This document shows positions 24,901 through 38,044 of a stretch of DNA of 64,000 nucleotides, piece after piece. The notes under the pieces were generated by a model that did not search any database, was not told the origin of the DNA, and worked only from the letters and a program-made list of their open reading frames with translations. Source of the DNA: Selaginella moellendorffii (Eukaryota; Plantae; Lycopodiophyta); NCBI RefSeq assembly GCF_000143415.4, contig NW_003314313.1, positions 957,430 to 1,021,429 of the forward strand, written 5' to 3'. A program made the translations under genes and the position numbers. The stretch's first letter is position 1. The number at the start of each line of letters is the position of its first letter.

Positions 24901-27330
24901 AAGAACTTAGTCAAGGCTACTTCAATGTTACTATTTGCAAGTAGACTAGCTTCACCATCAACCACTTTAGGGTTAATCATCGTTTAACCAAGCAACTTTG
25001 TAAACACATTGCTCACTATTATATAGATATAATATAAAATCACAATGACTTGATCATCAATCAAAAAATATCACGAGCAATGCCCATGTCACTACTACAA
25101 AGGTTTATATGAGTATCAAGTCCTAACTAGATTTGATAAAATGCAACATAAATGCCACACTCCACCAATAGAGATTTACAACATCTAACACCATTAACTT
25201 TTGTTCACAACATTAAAAAAGAATTAAGCATTATAACCCAAGTTTTCAATAGCAAGCCTAAACAAAATGGTATAACACTTCACCTATCCATCCCTTGACT
25301 CACCACTTGTAAGACCATCATAATCAGCATGCATCAAAATAAAGATTCTTAATTGCATAATGTGAATACGAGCAAATGAATTAACACTTCGTTGCAAATC
25401 ATCTCTCCAAGAAGAGAAGATGATTTATATGTTTAATCCTTCATCCTTGACAATTCTTTTTTCGGTCTAATCTTTTGACCAAACCTCAAGCTTGCTTTTA
25501 CACTATTTTCAATCCAATCCAAAAAAAGTTTATGAGAGAGCACAACTTTAACTACTTGAACCAATAGACTAATCCCTACAATCTTGGTTGATCCACTTGT
25601 AATCATGCATAGGAAGAATCTATTAGTGCCATGCTAAATAGTTACAAACCAGCCTATTTGCCACTCTTAGCAAACCTAGGGAAGGTTTATTTTTACCCAC
25701 GGTACAAGGAACAACACATGGTAACCACCGATAAGTTAATGTTAATTTTGCCAACTCAGAGTGTAACCTCAAGTTGCTAATGTGCCTCACTCACTAGCCC
25801 AAGTGCAAACTCTTGCAAATGGAATAACTCAATCCTTCTTATGAGCCCAAGAGCAAGCTCACATAATATGGTACAAAAAGGTAACCAAATCCATACCCAA
25901 GGAATGAATATGAAGTTTTAGGACTCAAATGTGTACCCACTCGGATCATTGTTTTCATCTTTGCATATATAACAAGACTAGTTGCCCAATCTCATTGGAT
26001 AGTACTCACTGAGACGTATTCTCTAATACCAAATGTAGCACATATGGTTTTCACCCTTTATCCTATGGTGATTTACTTTAGGATAACCACAAAGCGGAAC
26101 CTAAACCCATCATATGCCATGTGTTATATGCCATATGCTATATGCCACATGTCCAAAGGATAGTGGTGCAGAACTCGAGTTTTAAGCCCTTGGGCCACTG
26201 AACGAAGGAACGGAACTAAACTCCCAAACATAGAGCCAAGGAGTGAAAGAACCAAAGCATGGAGTGACTCATGAGTGTACAACTCAAGGAGCAAAAGGAC
26301 AAGAGTAGTCTTAGAGCATCCAACATCCCAATGCTAGAATCAGCATGCAAAATGAAACTAAATGATATTTGGCACTACTTTGGTATACCGGTGGCCTAAC
26401 ATGAGGATATAGGTACTCCACCAACTAGCATGGTATAGAACTTGGGCTTAGACTCAAGCTAGATGCAAAACAAAGATAAGCACACAAGCTAGAGCTAAAC
26501 TATGCCTCAAGTTAGTCAGCTATACCTGAATTACCCACTATCCCTACTATATATTTCAAACCCCCCATAACTTCCCCTCCTGAGGAACATATGGCTTTTG
26601 GATTTTCATTTGTGTCACGAGTCAAACTTCTAAACTCCTCCCTTCTCAAGAGCACCCTTCTAGCATCACGTAAGAGTCATTCTTTGACAAGGCAATACAA
26701 GGCATAGCTTCTTCCAGATTGTTCTCGATCGTATCATTAGTCATGAGAATCCCACTTGATGGCTGTGCTTTGGGCTTTCACCCTTAGCCACCCTTAGTAC
26801 TAAGAGTTAGTTTTTTGGGATAAGCTCGAAACTTACTAAATATAGAATGTCCCTAGATTGCGAATTTGGACACAAGACAAACACTGTTGTGTTCAAGACA
26901 ATCTCTATATTCCGTAAATATGCCAAATGAGTAAATCTAGACACTTTCCATAAATAGCATTTGGGACTAGAATGAGACTAACATAAAAGGCATGTTAGTG
27001 AGGGTGTTTAACAAATACAGTAAACTATCATTTTGTGAGTATTGAGGGATCAAGCTCAATATCATAAGGGTTCCCAATATTAGCAAGTGCAAGTCAATAA
27101 ATGAGTTCTTTAACCAAGTTAAGTATGCTTCATTAATAACACTTAGGAATTCCATTCTTATGCTCATCTGGTCAAGTGCACACATGAAGACTAGTTTCTC
27201 AACTAGCTTAGATGGAGATTGATAAAGGATCTACCAATAACAACCTCTTGCTATTGTGGCAGTAAGGAAAGAATATCTGAAAGGATTAGCCAATAAATAA
27301 TTTTTGATACCCAAAGTTACATTCGCGACA
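21940..27330 (-). mobile_element. Element C: old, degenerate LTR element of the D family
   Basis: 5' LTR 26034-27330 with PBS (rc CTCTAATACCA at 26021-26031). 25220-26030 is the reverse complement of the D leader (32430-33230). A partial LTR remnant lies at ~21940-22190, and a decayed protease-like motif IAGVDVEAHVDSCLAMNI at ~22660-22720. No convincing TSD. Confidence 0.75.
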
Positions 27331-27420
27331 GTAAGACCAAGTTAAAGTTAATACGATAGACAGGAACCTTAACAAAAGAACTTAGCTAAGTGAGGAAGGT
27401 TCCGTGCGTTCGGCTCAGAT

Positions 27421-27520
27421 NNNNNNNNNNNNNNNNNNNNNNNNNNNNNNNNNNNNNNNNNNNNNNNNNNNNNNNNNNNNNNNNNNNNNNNNNNNNNNNN
27501 NNNNNNNNNNNNNNNNNNNN
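27421..27520. other. Assembly gap
   Basis: 100 N. Confidence 1.
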
Positions 27521-28679
27521 AGTTTAAAGTGATATCATAAATTAGTCCACCATCCAAATCCTAAAGATTTATGCTGAAAAGGTTGGTCAAGCTAATATTC
27601 TTGTTTAAAAGTTGGTGAAGACATGCTACAAGATAATTCATGAGTTGTTGGTTCAATGGAATGACTATTCCATAGATGAGGCTATATAGAAAACTGAGGA
27701 TAATATGCCAAGTGTTTTTGAGTTTCAACTAATCTTGGATGATATTCATGAGGAAGAGGAAAATTGAGTTTTATAGTTGTATTATTATATGATTTGAGCT
27801 ATTGCTCCATTCTCATTCTTTTATTTCCATGACTATATTGTCACGTGAGCTTTCTTTCTTTTATGGTCATTTATCACAACATTGGTATTACTATTTACAC
27901 ATTTTTTCTTTAGAGTTAAATTGCCTTAGATTCCTTTCATATGAGGCTTTTTCAACTTCATAAAACTACTGGTTCATAACCATAGAAATGTTCTAAGAAT
28001 ATTCTAAAGTATAGGGCCTAGGGTTTTATCTTTTGTGTTTTTATCATGGTAATTTTTACGAAAAATTGGCATCTCTAACATTATTTTCAATATAGAATTT
28101 TCAATTTTTTTCTAGATAAAGTCTTTGGAATGCTATTGTGAGTTTAAATCTTAAAAAATTTTAAGCTTTCTTGTACTTAAAGCATAGACTTAGAACTTAT
28201 AGAAAATCCTCAAATAAATTTTAGGTTGTGCAATTTTTGTGTAGTTTATGCAATAATCACTTTTCCAATTTCAATGCTTTGACTTCTAACCTATTTTATA
28301 TGATTTTTCAAGTTTAAACTTATAGTTTTTGAGAGCTTGCTCCACCTCTTATAGTTAGCTTTGATTCCTACCTTGTCCATAGCTAATCTTAACAAACTAC
28401 TTTGATGCCTTAACTTTTAAACTCTCAAATTTAGCCAATGAAAAGTGATTCAAATGACTTAAAAAAGAGCTAGGAAAGGGAAAGTATTGACACTAAAGGA
28501 GATAGGGATGGTCCAAAGTTGAGTTGACCTTAATTGAGATCAATTTAATGCCAGTCATATATGTTTATAAATAAAATGCATGATAAAAAATATAAGCTTT
28601 TGATTAATCTTAAAATGCAAAATTTAATTTGTTATCAATGTATTTTTAATATGATCCATATAACAGAACTCAATTTCTA

Positions 28680-28904
28680 NNNNNNNNNNNNNNNNNNNNN
28701 NNNNNNNNNNNNNNNNNNNNNNNNNNNNNNNNNNNNNNNNNNNNNNNNNNNNNNNNNNNNNNNNNNNNNNNNNNNNNNNNNNNNNNNNNNNNNNNNNNNN
28801 NNNNNNNNNNNNNNNNNNNNNNNNNNNNNNNNNNNNNNNNNNNNNNNNNNNNNNNNNNNNNNNNNNNNNNNNNNNNNNNNNNNNNNNNNNNNNNNNNNNN
28901 NNNN
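28680..28904. other. Assembly gap
   Basis: N run. Confidence 1.
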
Positions 28905-29559
28905 ATCTATTTTACAAGAATAAAAAACCTTTCCTGAAATAAAAACACTTAAACTCCTTATTTTATGTTGAAGGTAACCATTTATTCAAACTTACCTCCA
29001 ACTTAGCCAAAACTAGTTTATATATGAATTAGTTCAATCAAATATGATTCCTACTGAAAATTAGTTTAGTTAAGGTTCAGTGAAAATTAATTAATTTTGC
29101 TACAGGTGAGGGGGTTATAAGATTCTCATGAGGCTACTTTCTTTATGTCAAAGTCATAAACTACCATCTACTTAAAGGTTAAAGATCTAAGTTTAATTTG
29201 CCATAGATTTTTTGAACTTTTAAATACTCACTATTAAGGTTTGAGAGCTCAAAAGTGGTCTATGCTCAAGGAGATGATCACTCTCAATTATGTAAATCTC
29301 TTGGATGATATAAAGTATAAAGAGGGTGGATTTATATGGAAAAATATAGCAATACAAGTCACAAGATTTAAAATTTATTTTTAAGAATTAAGATGAAAAC
29401 TTAATGCATGGGCCTCTTGCTTCCTCTGCCACACAATTGATTTCAATTAAATACTTGGTGAGGATCAAAAGAGCATTAGAAAGAGAGGTGTTGCATGATA
29501 GGACAAAATATAATTATTAGTTAACAAAATTGATTTATGTGAACTTTTTAGATTTTTCA

Positions 29560-30070
29560 TCAAAAGTTACTTATTCTTTCTTTACAACCAAGATGGCAAG
29601 AGGTTGGTATTATTAGTTTTTTTTTATCAATCTCTTTTATTCAAGTGTTAGTAAACTATATTTAGTATCTATACTTAACCAGGTGAGAATAAAGAAGGAA
29701 TTCTTAAGTGTTTACTTAGCCAAACATTCGTAGCTTGGTTTGTTAGTTTTCTTTTACTCTATTTTGCACTAGTTTGTTAAGAACCCTCAAGGATGAAGCA
29801 TTAATCCTTCAATATCACTATGTAATATTTTACCATGTTCGTTAAATACACTCACTATCATGCCCTATATGTTGGTCATATTCAATCTCATTAGTTATTT
29901 ATGGAAAATGTATATCTATAGAATGTAAAGATTGTAATGAATATAATGGTGTTATTCCCATGTTTAAATTAGCAATTTAATACCATTTCATATTTAATAA
30001 GTTTTCATGATTGTCCTAAAGATTAACTCTTGGGAGTGAGGTGAAAGCCCAAAACATAGGGGAGGACAAG
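29560..30070 (+). mobile_element. Heavily decayed LTR fragment of the A/C/D U3 type
   Basis: Collinear similarity to 31305-31860 (GGCAAGAGGTTGGTATT, TTCAAGTGTTAGTAAA, CACTCACTATCATGCCCT, GGTGAAAGCCCAAA). Confidence 0.75.
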
Positions 30071-33000
30071 GTTTGTGAAGTATAAAAGGTTGAAATATGG
30101 ATTCAAGGTTTTGCGATGGGTTTGAGAATTTTACATAACTTATTAATGACTTACCATTTCGAAATTTACATTCTCAATATAGCCTTGAAGACGATCTTTT
30201 TTATTTTGTGAGGATGGATTCGGATGATCATTTATGGTTAGTGGTGTCTTCAATTTTTATTCCACACTTTTTCCATGTCTACTATAATTCTTCTATTTTA
30301 GGCAGGTATATGGGACATTATCATGTGACTGAGAAATTACACAAGTATTTTTATTGGCTGGAAATGTGCCGTGATATTATTCAATATGTATATAGTTATA
30401 TTTAGTGCCAAACTCGTAATATTCTCCCTCATGTTATGGAAAGACAATTAGAGTCAATTGTAGAGTCTCATTTGTTTGAGTTAGTGGTGTTTCATATGAT
30501 AAGACCTTTTCTACGGTCAATTGTTGGTAATAAGTATATTATTATTGCGTTTGATTACTTGACTTGCTAGGTAGAAGTCGGTGCTTTTACTAATGTGTCT
30601 ATAATTACTGTTAGATACTTCCTTTTCAATTAAATGGTGTTTTAACATTTATGTTTAAAGTAAATTCTCTCAAATAATGGTCTTACATTTATGGGTGAAA
30701 CATTTCACATTTTAACATTTCGGCTAGGGATATGCCACACTTTCATAAGTGCTTATCATCCACAGACGTCTAAATGGTTTAGTGGAAATGGCTCATTCAA
30801 ACCTTCAAAATGATGATCGTGAAGTACATAAACTGTCAACATTCGGATTGGGATAGTCATTTGCCATTTCTTTAATATGCATATGTCACAAGGGTATAAA
30901 GTTTTGTTAGTGCTTCACTATTGAAATTTTTTTTAGTCATGATCTAATACTACTATGGAAGTTGAGTTTACCTTTATTATTGTCATGAGTTGCCCGATGT
31001 AAGTCTTGAGGATCAATATTTGATGAGAATTCTTCCATTTTTCTGAGCAAAGTCTACTGAACATTTAGTGGTATATACAATTAGGATAACAATGGCATTA
31101 CAACTCCCATCATTATTCACCTCGTAAAGTACAAAGTGAACAATTTAGTATTAGTTTGTTTTCTCAATCTTATGGTACATAGTCTATCTTATAGTACATA
31201 GTTTTCCTAAGGCTTCTTGCTTAGTGGAAGGGACCATATCATATGTTGTAGCAAGTTGGACCACAAATTTATAAGGTTTGATGTCGCAAATGTGACTTCG
31301 GGTATCGAAAGTTACCTGTCAGTTGTGCTTTCGGATATTCTTTCCTTACTACCACGGCAAGAGGTCGGTATTGCTAAGACCCTTTATCAATCCTTCTTAT
31401 TCAAGTGTTAGTAAATTGAACTTTGTATCTATACTTGGTTGGACGAGCATAAGGATAGAATTCCTAAGTGTCTATTTAGCCAAGTATACTTGGCCCAGCT
31501 TGTTAGTTCTCTTTTGTTCTATTTTGCACTGTCTTGCACTGGCTTGACAAGAACCCTTGCATAGTGAAACAAGTCCCTCAATATCGCTGGATGATAGTTT
31601 GCCGTGTCTACTAAACACCCTTGTTATCATGCCCTTTGTGTTAGTCTCACTTTGGTCCTAAATGCTATTTATGGAAAGTGTCTAGATTTGCTCATTTGGC
31701 ATATCTACAAAATGTAGAGATTGTCCTGAATATAATGGTGTTCATCCCGTGTTTAAATTCACAATCTAAAGACATTCCATATTTAGTAAATTTCAAGCTT
31801 GTCCTAGAGACTAACTCTTGGTACTAAGGGAGGCTTGGGGTCCAAAGCGTGTATTTCTAAAGGGGGGGAGGGGCGGCCATGGGGGATTCCAAATATATAG
31901 TAGGGTTAGTGGGTAGGTCAGGTATGGTTGACCAACCTAAAGCATAATCTAGCTTTCATTTATGTGTCTATTCTTGTTCTGCATCCGACTTGGGTCTAAG
32001 CCCAAGTTCAATTCTATACTAGCTAGTGGAGTACCTATATCTTTACGTTAGGCCATCGGTATACTGAAATAGTGCTAGACTCTGTTTGGCTTCGTTTTGC
32101 ATGTTGGTTTTGGCATTAGAATGTTGGATACTCTAGGATTGTTCCAAATTGCTCTGCGCTCTTGTTCCTTCACTTCTTGGGTTGTACACTTGGGAGTCAT
32201 TCCGTGCTCCAATATCATTGCTCCTTGGCTCCATGCTTGGGAGTTTGGTACCGTTCCTTTGTTTAGTGACCCAAGGGCCTGAAACTCAGGTTCTGCACCA
32301 TTGTTCTTTAGACACGTGGCATGTGACACGTGGCATATGGAAGGTTTAGGTTCTGCTTCGTGGTTATCCTATGGTAAATCACCATAGGATAAAGGGTAAA
32401 AACCATGTGCGCTACATTTGGTATCAAAGAATAAGTCTCAACAAATACTATCTAATGAGATTGGGTAACTAGTCTCATTGCATATGCAGAAATGAAAAGG
32501 ATGATCCAAGTGGGTACACGTTTGGGTGCAAAAGCCTCGCATTTGTTCCTTGGGTATGGATTTTGGTTACCTTTTGTACCGTATTATATGAGTTTGCTCT
32601 TAAGATGGATGTGAGATGTTCCGTTTGCATGAGTTTATACTTGGGCTTGTAAGTGAGGCACATTAGCAACTCAAAGTTACACTTTACGTTAGTAGGATTA
32701 ATATTAGTCTATCGGTGGTTTCATGAGTGGTTCCTTATACCATGGGTGAAAGTAAACCTTCTCTAGGTTTGTTATAAGTGGCAAATAAGCTAGTTTGTAA
32801 TTGTTTAGCACTACACTAATAGATCCTTCTTAGACATGATTATGAGTGGATCAATCAAGACTATAGGGATTAGTCTATTGGTTCAAGTAGTCATTACCAT
32901 ACTCTCTCATAAACTTTTCTTGGATTGAACTGAAAGCAGTGTGAACGCAAGCTTGACGTTTGGTAAAAGATGAGACCAAAAAGAGAATTGTCAAGGACAA

Positions 33001-33885
33001 AGGATCAAACATATAAATCATTTTTTCTTCTTAGAGAAATGATTTGTAACGAGGTGTCAACTCATTGCCCGTGTTCACATTATGCAATCAAAAGTCCCTA
33101 CCTTGATGCATGTTGGAAGTGATGGTCTTGTAAGTAGTGAGTTGTGGGATGGATAGCGATGAAGCGTTGAACTATTTTGTCTAAGCTTGCTATTAGAAGA
33201 CTTGGGTTATAATGCTTAATTCTTTTTCGGGGAACCTTGTTGATGCTTGTAAGCGATTAATTTTTCCATTCTACTTTAGTCACTTAACCACATCTTTGAC
33301 CACTTGGAGGAGTCTCATTCACAACCTCCTTAAGTCCAATTCAGGACTTGGGACTTGCTAGCCCCGAGGATGGCATCCATGCCACTCATCCCTTGCACTT
33401 AGTCCAAGTGCTCCACGTGTCCGGTCCCAAGACCGGCACCCAAAGGTACCACTAACATATCAGCCCATTACACTAAGGCCATGCCCTTTGCCGGCTCTAG
33501 TTCCCCCGGGAGATCAATTGGCCGATGCTCCCAGTCCAAGTGTGGGTGGCACTACCTACTTGGATACCAGGTGTGGCTCAATGGAACCTCGCTCTAAGCC
33601 CATGGCTAGAGCACTTAAAGGCGGAAGGTGGGGAGAGTACCCAAGGGGCTTGCGTAGTGTGAGACACAAAATCCCTAGGCCCCAAAGTGGAGCCGGAAGG
33701 GCGCCACATGGTAGTGGCCGAAGCGAGAGCCAAACGAGCGTAACACGTTTGGACCAAAAGCTCCGACTTGAAAAGTCAAGAGCGGGAGTGGAACTCCCAA
33801 CGAAGTGCTCAAGGAACGAGCACGAAGCGAGCAAAAGGCGAGGCTCCAAAAAGGGACCCAAAAGGACCAACACATGACACGTGGG

Positions 33886-34562
33886 AGTGTCCGAGATGGA
33901 CTCGAGTTGGAGTCCGAAGTGGAGTCCGAGATGGACCCGAGTTGGAGTCCGAAATGGAGTCCGAGATGGACCCGAGATGGAGTCCGAGATGGAGTCCGAA
34001 GTGGAGTCCGAGGTGGACCCGAGATGGACCCGAGTTGGAGTCCGAAGTGGAGTCCGAGATGGACCTGAGATGGAGTCCGAGATGGAGTCCGAAGTGGAGT
34101 CCGAGGTGGACCCGAGATGGACCCGAGTTGGAGTCCGAAGTGGAGTCCGAGATGGACCCGAGATGGAGTCCGAGATGGAGTCCGAGATGGAGTCCGAGGT
34201 GGACCCGAGATGGACCCGAGTTGGAGTCCAAAGTGGAGTCCGAGATGGACCCGAGATGGAGTCCGAGATGGAGTCCGAGATGGAGTCCGAGGTGGACCCG
34301 AGATGGACCCGAAATGGAGTCCGAGATGGAGTCCGAGATGGACCCGAGATGGACCCGAGATGGAGTCCGAGATGGAGTCCGAGATGGAGTCCGAGATGGA
34401 GTCCGAAGTCGAGACCGAGACCGGGACCGAGACCGAGACCGAGACCGAGATCGGGAACGAGACCGAGACCGAGGCCGAGGCCGAGCCCGAGCCCGAGCCC
34501 GAGTCCGAGTCCGAATCCGAGTCCGAGTCCGAGTCCGAGTCCGAGTCCGAGTCCGAGTCCGG
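33886..34562 (+). repeat. LTR-internal minisatellite (GGAGTCCGAGAT/GGACCCGAGAT; 93-bp higher-order unit) followed by hexamer runs
   Basis: Directly visible. Near-identical copy at 39862-40538; shorter decayed inverted copies at ~41998-42350 and ~47630-48097. Confidence 0.97.
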
Positions 34563-37500
34563 AGCCTGAGAGGGTGACATCTCAAAGCGTTCGTCTCCCA
34601 GACCCTGGGGGGTTTGGTGAGCTCCAAAAGTATAGTAAGGGGGAGGACTGCAGTGGAGCCAGTTTGGCCAGGAAAGGCCAGTTTGGCCCAGGAAGGCCGG
34701 ACCCAGTGTTGGGTGATGAGCTGCCCACTGGGAAGTCCAAGACTAGAGTGAACACGGACCGACAAGCGGGGTAGCTTGGTGAAGTGTTCAAGAGCCGGCT
34801 CTAGTTCCCCCGGGAGATCGACTGGCCGATGCTCCCAGTCCAAGTGTGGGTGGCACTACCTACTTGGATACCAAGCGTGGCTCAATGGAACCTCGCTCTA
34901 AGCCCATGGCTAGAGCACCTAAAGGCGATAGGTGGGGAGAGTACCCAGGTGGCTCGCGTAAGGCCACGGTGTTCCGAAATGTTGTCCCAAAGGCCCAGAC
35001 TGTGGAAAGGAAGAGGAGCAGTCCTCTGGGGTAGTGACCAAGGACACAGTCATGTGGTGAGGAAGTCCCAGAGGACCGTGGGACTTAGTGGTCGGGCCTG
35101 TGGGCCTCGATCCAGTGGCAGTGTTGGCAAACACGGCCAGGGGCAAAAAGGGACTTGGTAGGAACTGACAAAGGGACTTTGGGGAAGGCAATTCCCCAGG
35201 TCTGTGGGCATCCTAAGGATGCTAAGGAGTGGATCTAGGATGACCACTCGTGGACACATGGCCAAGTCTTGGAGAGACGAGGTGGTGATGCAAGTGGTGT
35301 TGAACCACTAGTGCAGCAAAGGTGAATGGGCATGGCCTTAGCGTAACGGGCCGAGATGTCAGTGGTACCTTTGGGTGTCGGTCTCGGGACCGGACACGTG
35401 GAGCACTTGGACCAGGTGCAAGTGTGGAGTGGCATGGATGCCATTCTTGGGGCTAGCAAGTCCCAAGTCCTGAATTGGACTGATGGAGGTTGTGAATGAG
35501 ACTCCTCGAAGTGGTCAGAGGTGTGGTTAAGTGACTAAAGTAAAATGGAAAATTTAGTCGCTTACAATTTGGTATCGGAGCTGTTCCTTAGTCCGACTTT
35601 TATTGGTGCTCAAGTATATCACCACTAGTGTTGGCATCGGAAGGTCCGAGGAGTGGGCCTATCCTTGAGGAGTAGCAAGTCGGGAAGACATGGCTCTCCA
35701 TTACAGTTCATGTGTGAACTTGTAGACGAGGTGGTGGATAGAAAAGGGCCAATAATGGAACGACTTTGGGATCTTGGGAACAGTATATGGTTTTCCTCAA
35801 AAGAGTTGAGGATGTGATCCAGATGAGCGTTTGACTTAGCAAACTGGCTAATGTAGTTGTGATAAACAACTACAGTTGGGATCACGGGAAAGATAAAGAC
35901 TCCAAAGCAATAAAGGAGTCACAAGATTTTCCTCGTATAGTTGAGGTTGGTGCTCATGAATGTGAGACCAGAAGTAATGACCGTGGGAGGTCAAATATGG
36001 AAGAGGACTCAAGTCCTTGAAAAGGTAGCCGGGGCTACCTCTAATAAATGCTGGAACAACCCAAGGAGTTGGGGGTGTATTAAGTGGATGAGTTGGTGTT
36101 CTCATCACATGGACAAGTAGTCCTAAGGGGCAAAGGTTGCCCCCAGAGAACAAAATCAAGTGTCGGAGTAACACTTGTGAAAATAGTTCTTTTGAGTAGG
36201 ACAGGAATGCAAGAAGTGTATTCCAGTGAGCTAGTGCCTCACAAGTAGGACCTTACGGGTCTGTGGATTAACCAAGTCCAAAATTGCTGGATGACTCAAG
36301 TAGAGTCAACGGATGGTCCTAAAAGGACTGATGGAAGCATTTGGACTGAGGTGTGTTGTACCCCACAAAGGATGGGGGGGGGGGATCATAGGATCCAAGG
36401 ATGAGAACAGAGGGTATCTCATCAATGGCAAAATATGCCATGCTAAAGTTATGGGAAAGGTGTTCCCAGAAGAAAACAACTCTGACATAAAGTTGTGTGT
36501 GACCTCTATGGTGTAGTGCTAACGGATGGTTGGCATGAGAAAGAGCGGTGTTGGTCTTGGCAAAGACATAGACACGAAGGGGAAATGTCATAGAGGTAGG
36601 CTCGTGGAGCCGATGGTGTGGAGACACCAAATGTGCCAAGGTGTGATACCTTGAGGCTATGTTGGTGGGTTCATGAGAACCCCTTGCCAAAGGAATCCCA
36701 ATGGAATCGGGAATAGCATAGCCTAAGCTGCAGAGCATGCAGTTGGAGTGTGGTGACCCAGATAATGATGGAGGTGTGAAAGCACCAAGCAATGAGTTGT
36801 AGGACTTGACAACTATGAGGCAACTAAGCAAGAGGTGCAAAATAACTGGTTAAACGGGTAGAAGGTAGCTACCCAAGACTTCTTAATAGCATAAGGAAGT
36901 TGGATATACCCTTACGGGGGACAAGTTGCTTGTGTTGCGATATAGTAAGTCAATGTCATAAAAGGAAATACTCATTGTCAAGAAAGCCATCATTGGGACA
37001 TCCGGACACTCTAGAACACCAGAAGGTGGTGTTTGATGTCGCGAGGGCAATGGATAAAGCCCAAGGGACTAAGTCCCTAGCGAACGATGGATAGAAGGTG
37101 CTATCCAAATGTCCAAGGTTGCGGAGACAGGAGAGGACTGTCTACCCGGATTGGACAAAGCCAAAAATGGAATTTTGGCAAGGCTAGTGATGGGCATGTA
37201 ACGGCCCATAAGCAACAATGTAATCCCAGTGTGTGGGATTATAAGGTGAGCATACCCAGATTGAGGAACCACTCCCTAGGCTATTGGGTAGGTCCATCCC
37301 TAAGAATACTTGCTAAAGCATGATAGAAAGTGCAAAGCTATCCTCCTGGTCTGGAGGAGAATGACCGAAGGAAAGGTGTGAAGCCAAAAGCAAGTAGTAT
37401 TGGGATGGAATTGAACCATAGAAATCAAAGGGCATATCCAACAGTGGTTATGAAAGTTGGGAGTGGAGAATCAAGAGGGTGCTCGAGGATGTTGTTGCTA

Positions 37501-38044
37501 GCAACTGTGATGCCATGGAGAGTCTAAAATATGGAATTGTCCATGTTAGACTATATGGCAACTATAAAGCTTGCGAAAGGGGAGGCCTTAGCAAGCTGAG
37601 GGACAGAGTTCCTTCAAGGTTCCCAAAGACGATTCTAGGTAGCGTAGTACCTAGAAAGGCCAAGTGTAAATGGTTCATGGAACGCGCGAAATCAGAGTGG
37701 CGCAGCAGAAGCGTGGTCTTGAAGCTTGCCATGAGGCAAGGCTATCAAGGTTAGGGAAGTAGTTCCCGAGTGTTCAAAGAGAGGGCTTTGAACGAAAGTC
37801 GATGGTCAAGGACTTTCACGCTTATGCAGGAACCATGTTACAATGGTCGGAGGACTTGCCAAGTGAGATTGGCACGTCGGGGGAACAAAGACCCTAGTTG
37901 AAGGTGATAACTTCAAAAAGGGTGGGCCATGGGGCCGAGCATGGAGGAGTCCATGCATGATCACAGACATGTCAAGTGAGAGGACTTGGCAGTGTGGAGG
38001 AACTAGGTTCCTAAGCTGTGATCTGTAGCGCGCTTTAAAAATAG

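Noticed and set aside
21935-27335. TSD for element C (CTAAC / GTAAG)
   Set aside because: Only 3 of 5 bases match, so it cannot show that both LTR pieces belong to one insertion.
27521-27770. Possible DNA-transposase C-terminal remnant ending DDIHEEEEN*
   Set aside because: Too short, next to a gap, and without TIRs or a diagnostic motif.
33886-34410. CRISPR-like regular array
   Set aside because: There are no unique spacers and no cas genes; it is a head-to-tail tandem repeat in a plant LTR.
33675-34843. Long ORFs (150-398 aa) on both strands here and at 39571-40819, 41665-42429 and 47525-48230
   Set aside because: They are stop-free translations of the LTR minisatellite, open in nearly all frames, with no protein signal.
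35460-35520. Hammerhead ribozyme (retrozyme) in the E LTR around GGACTGATGGAGG..CCTCGAAG
   Set aside because: The core lacks CTGANGA and GAAA, and the E2 LTRs do not conserve it.
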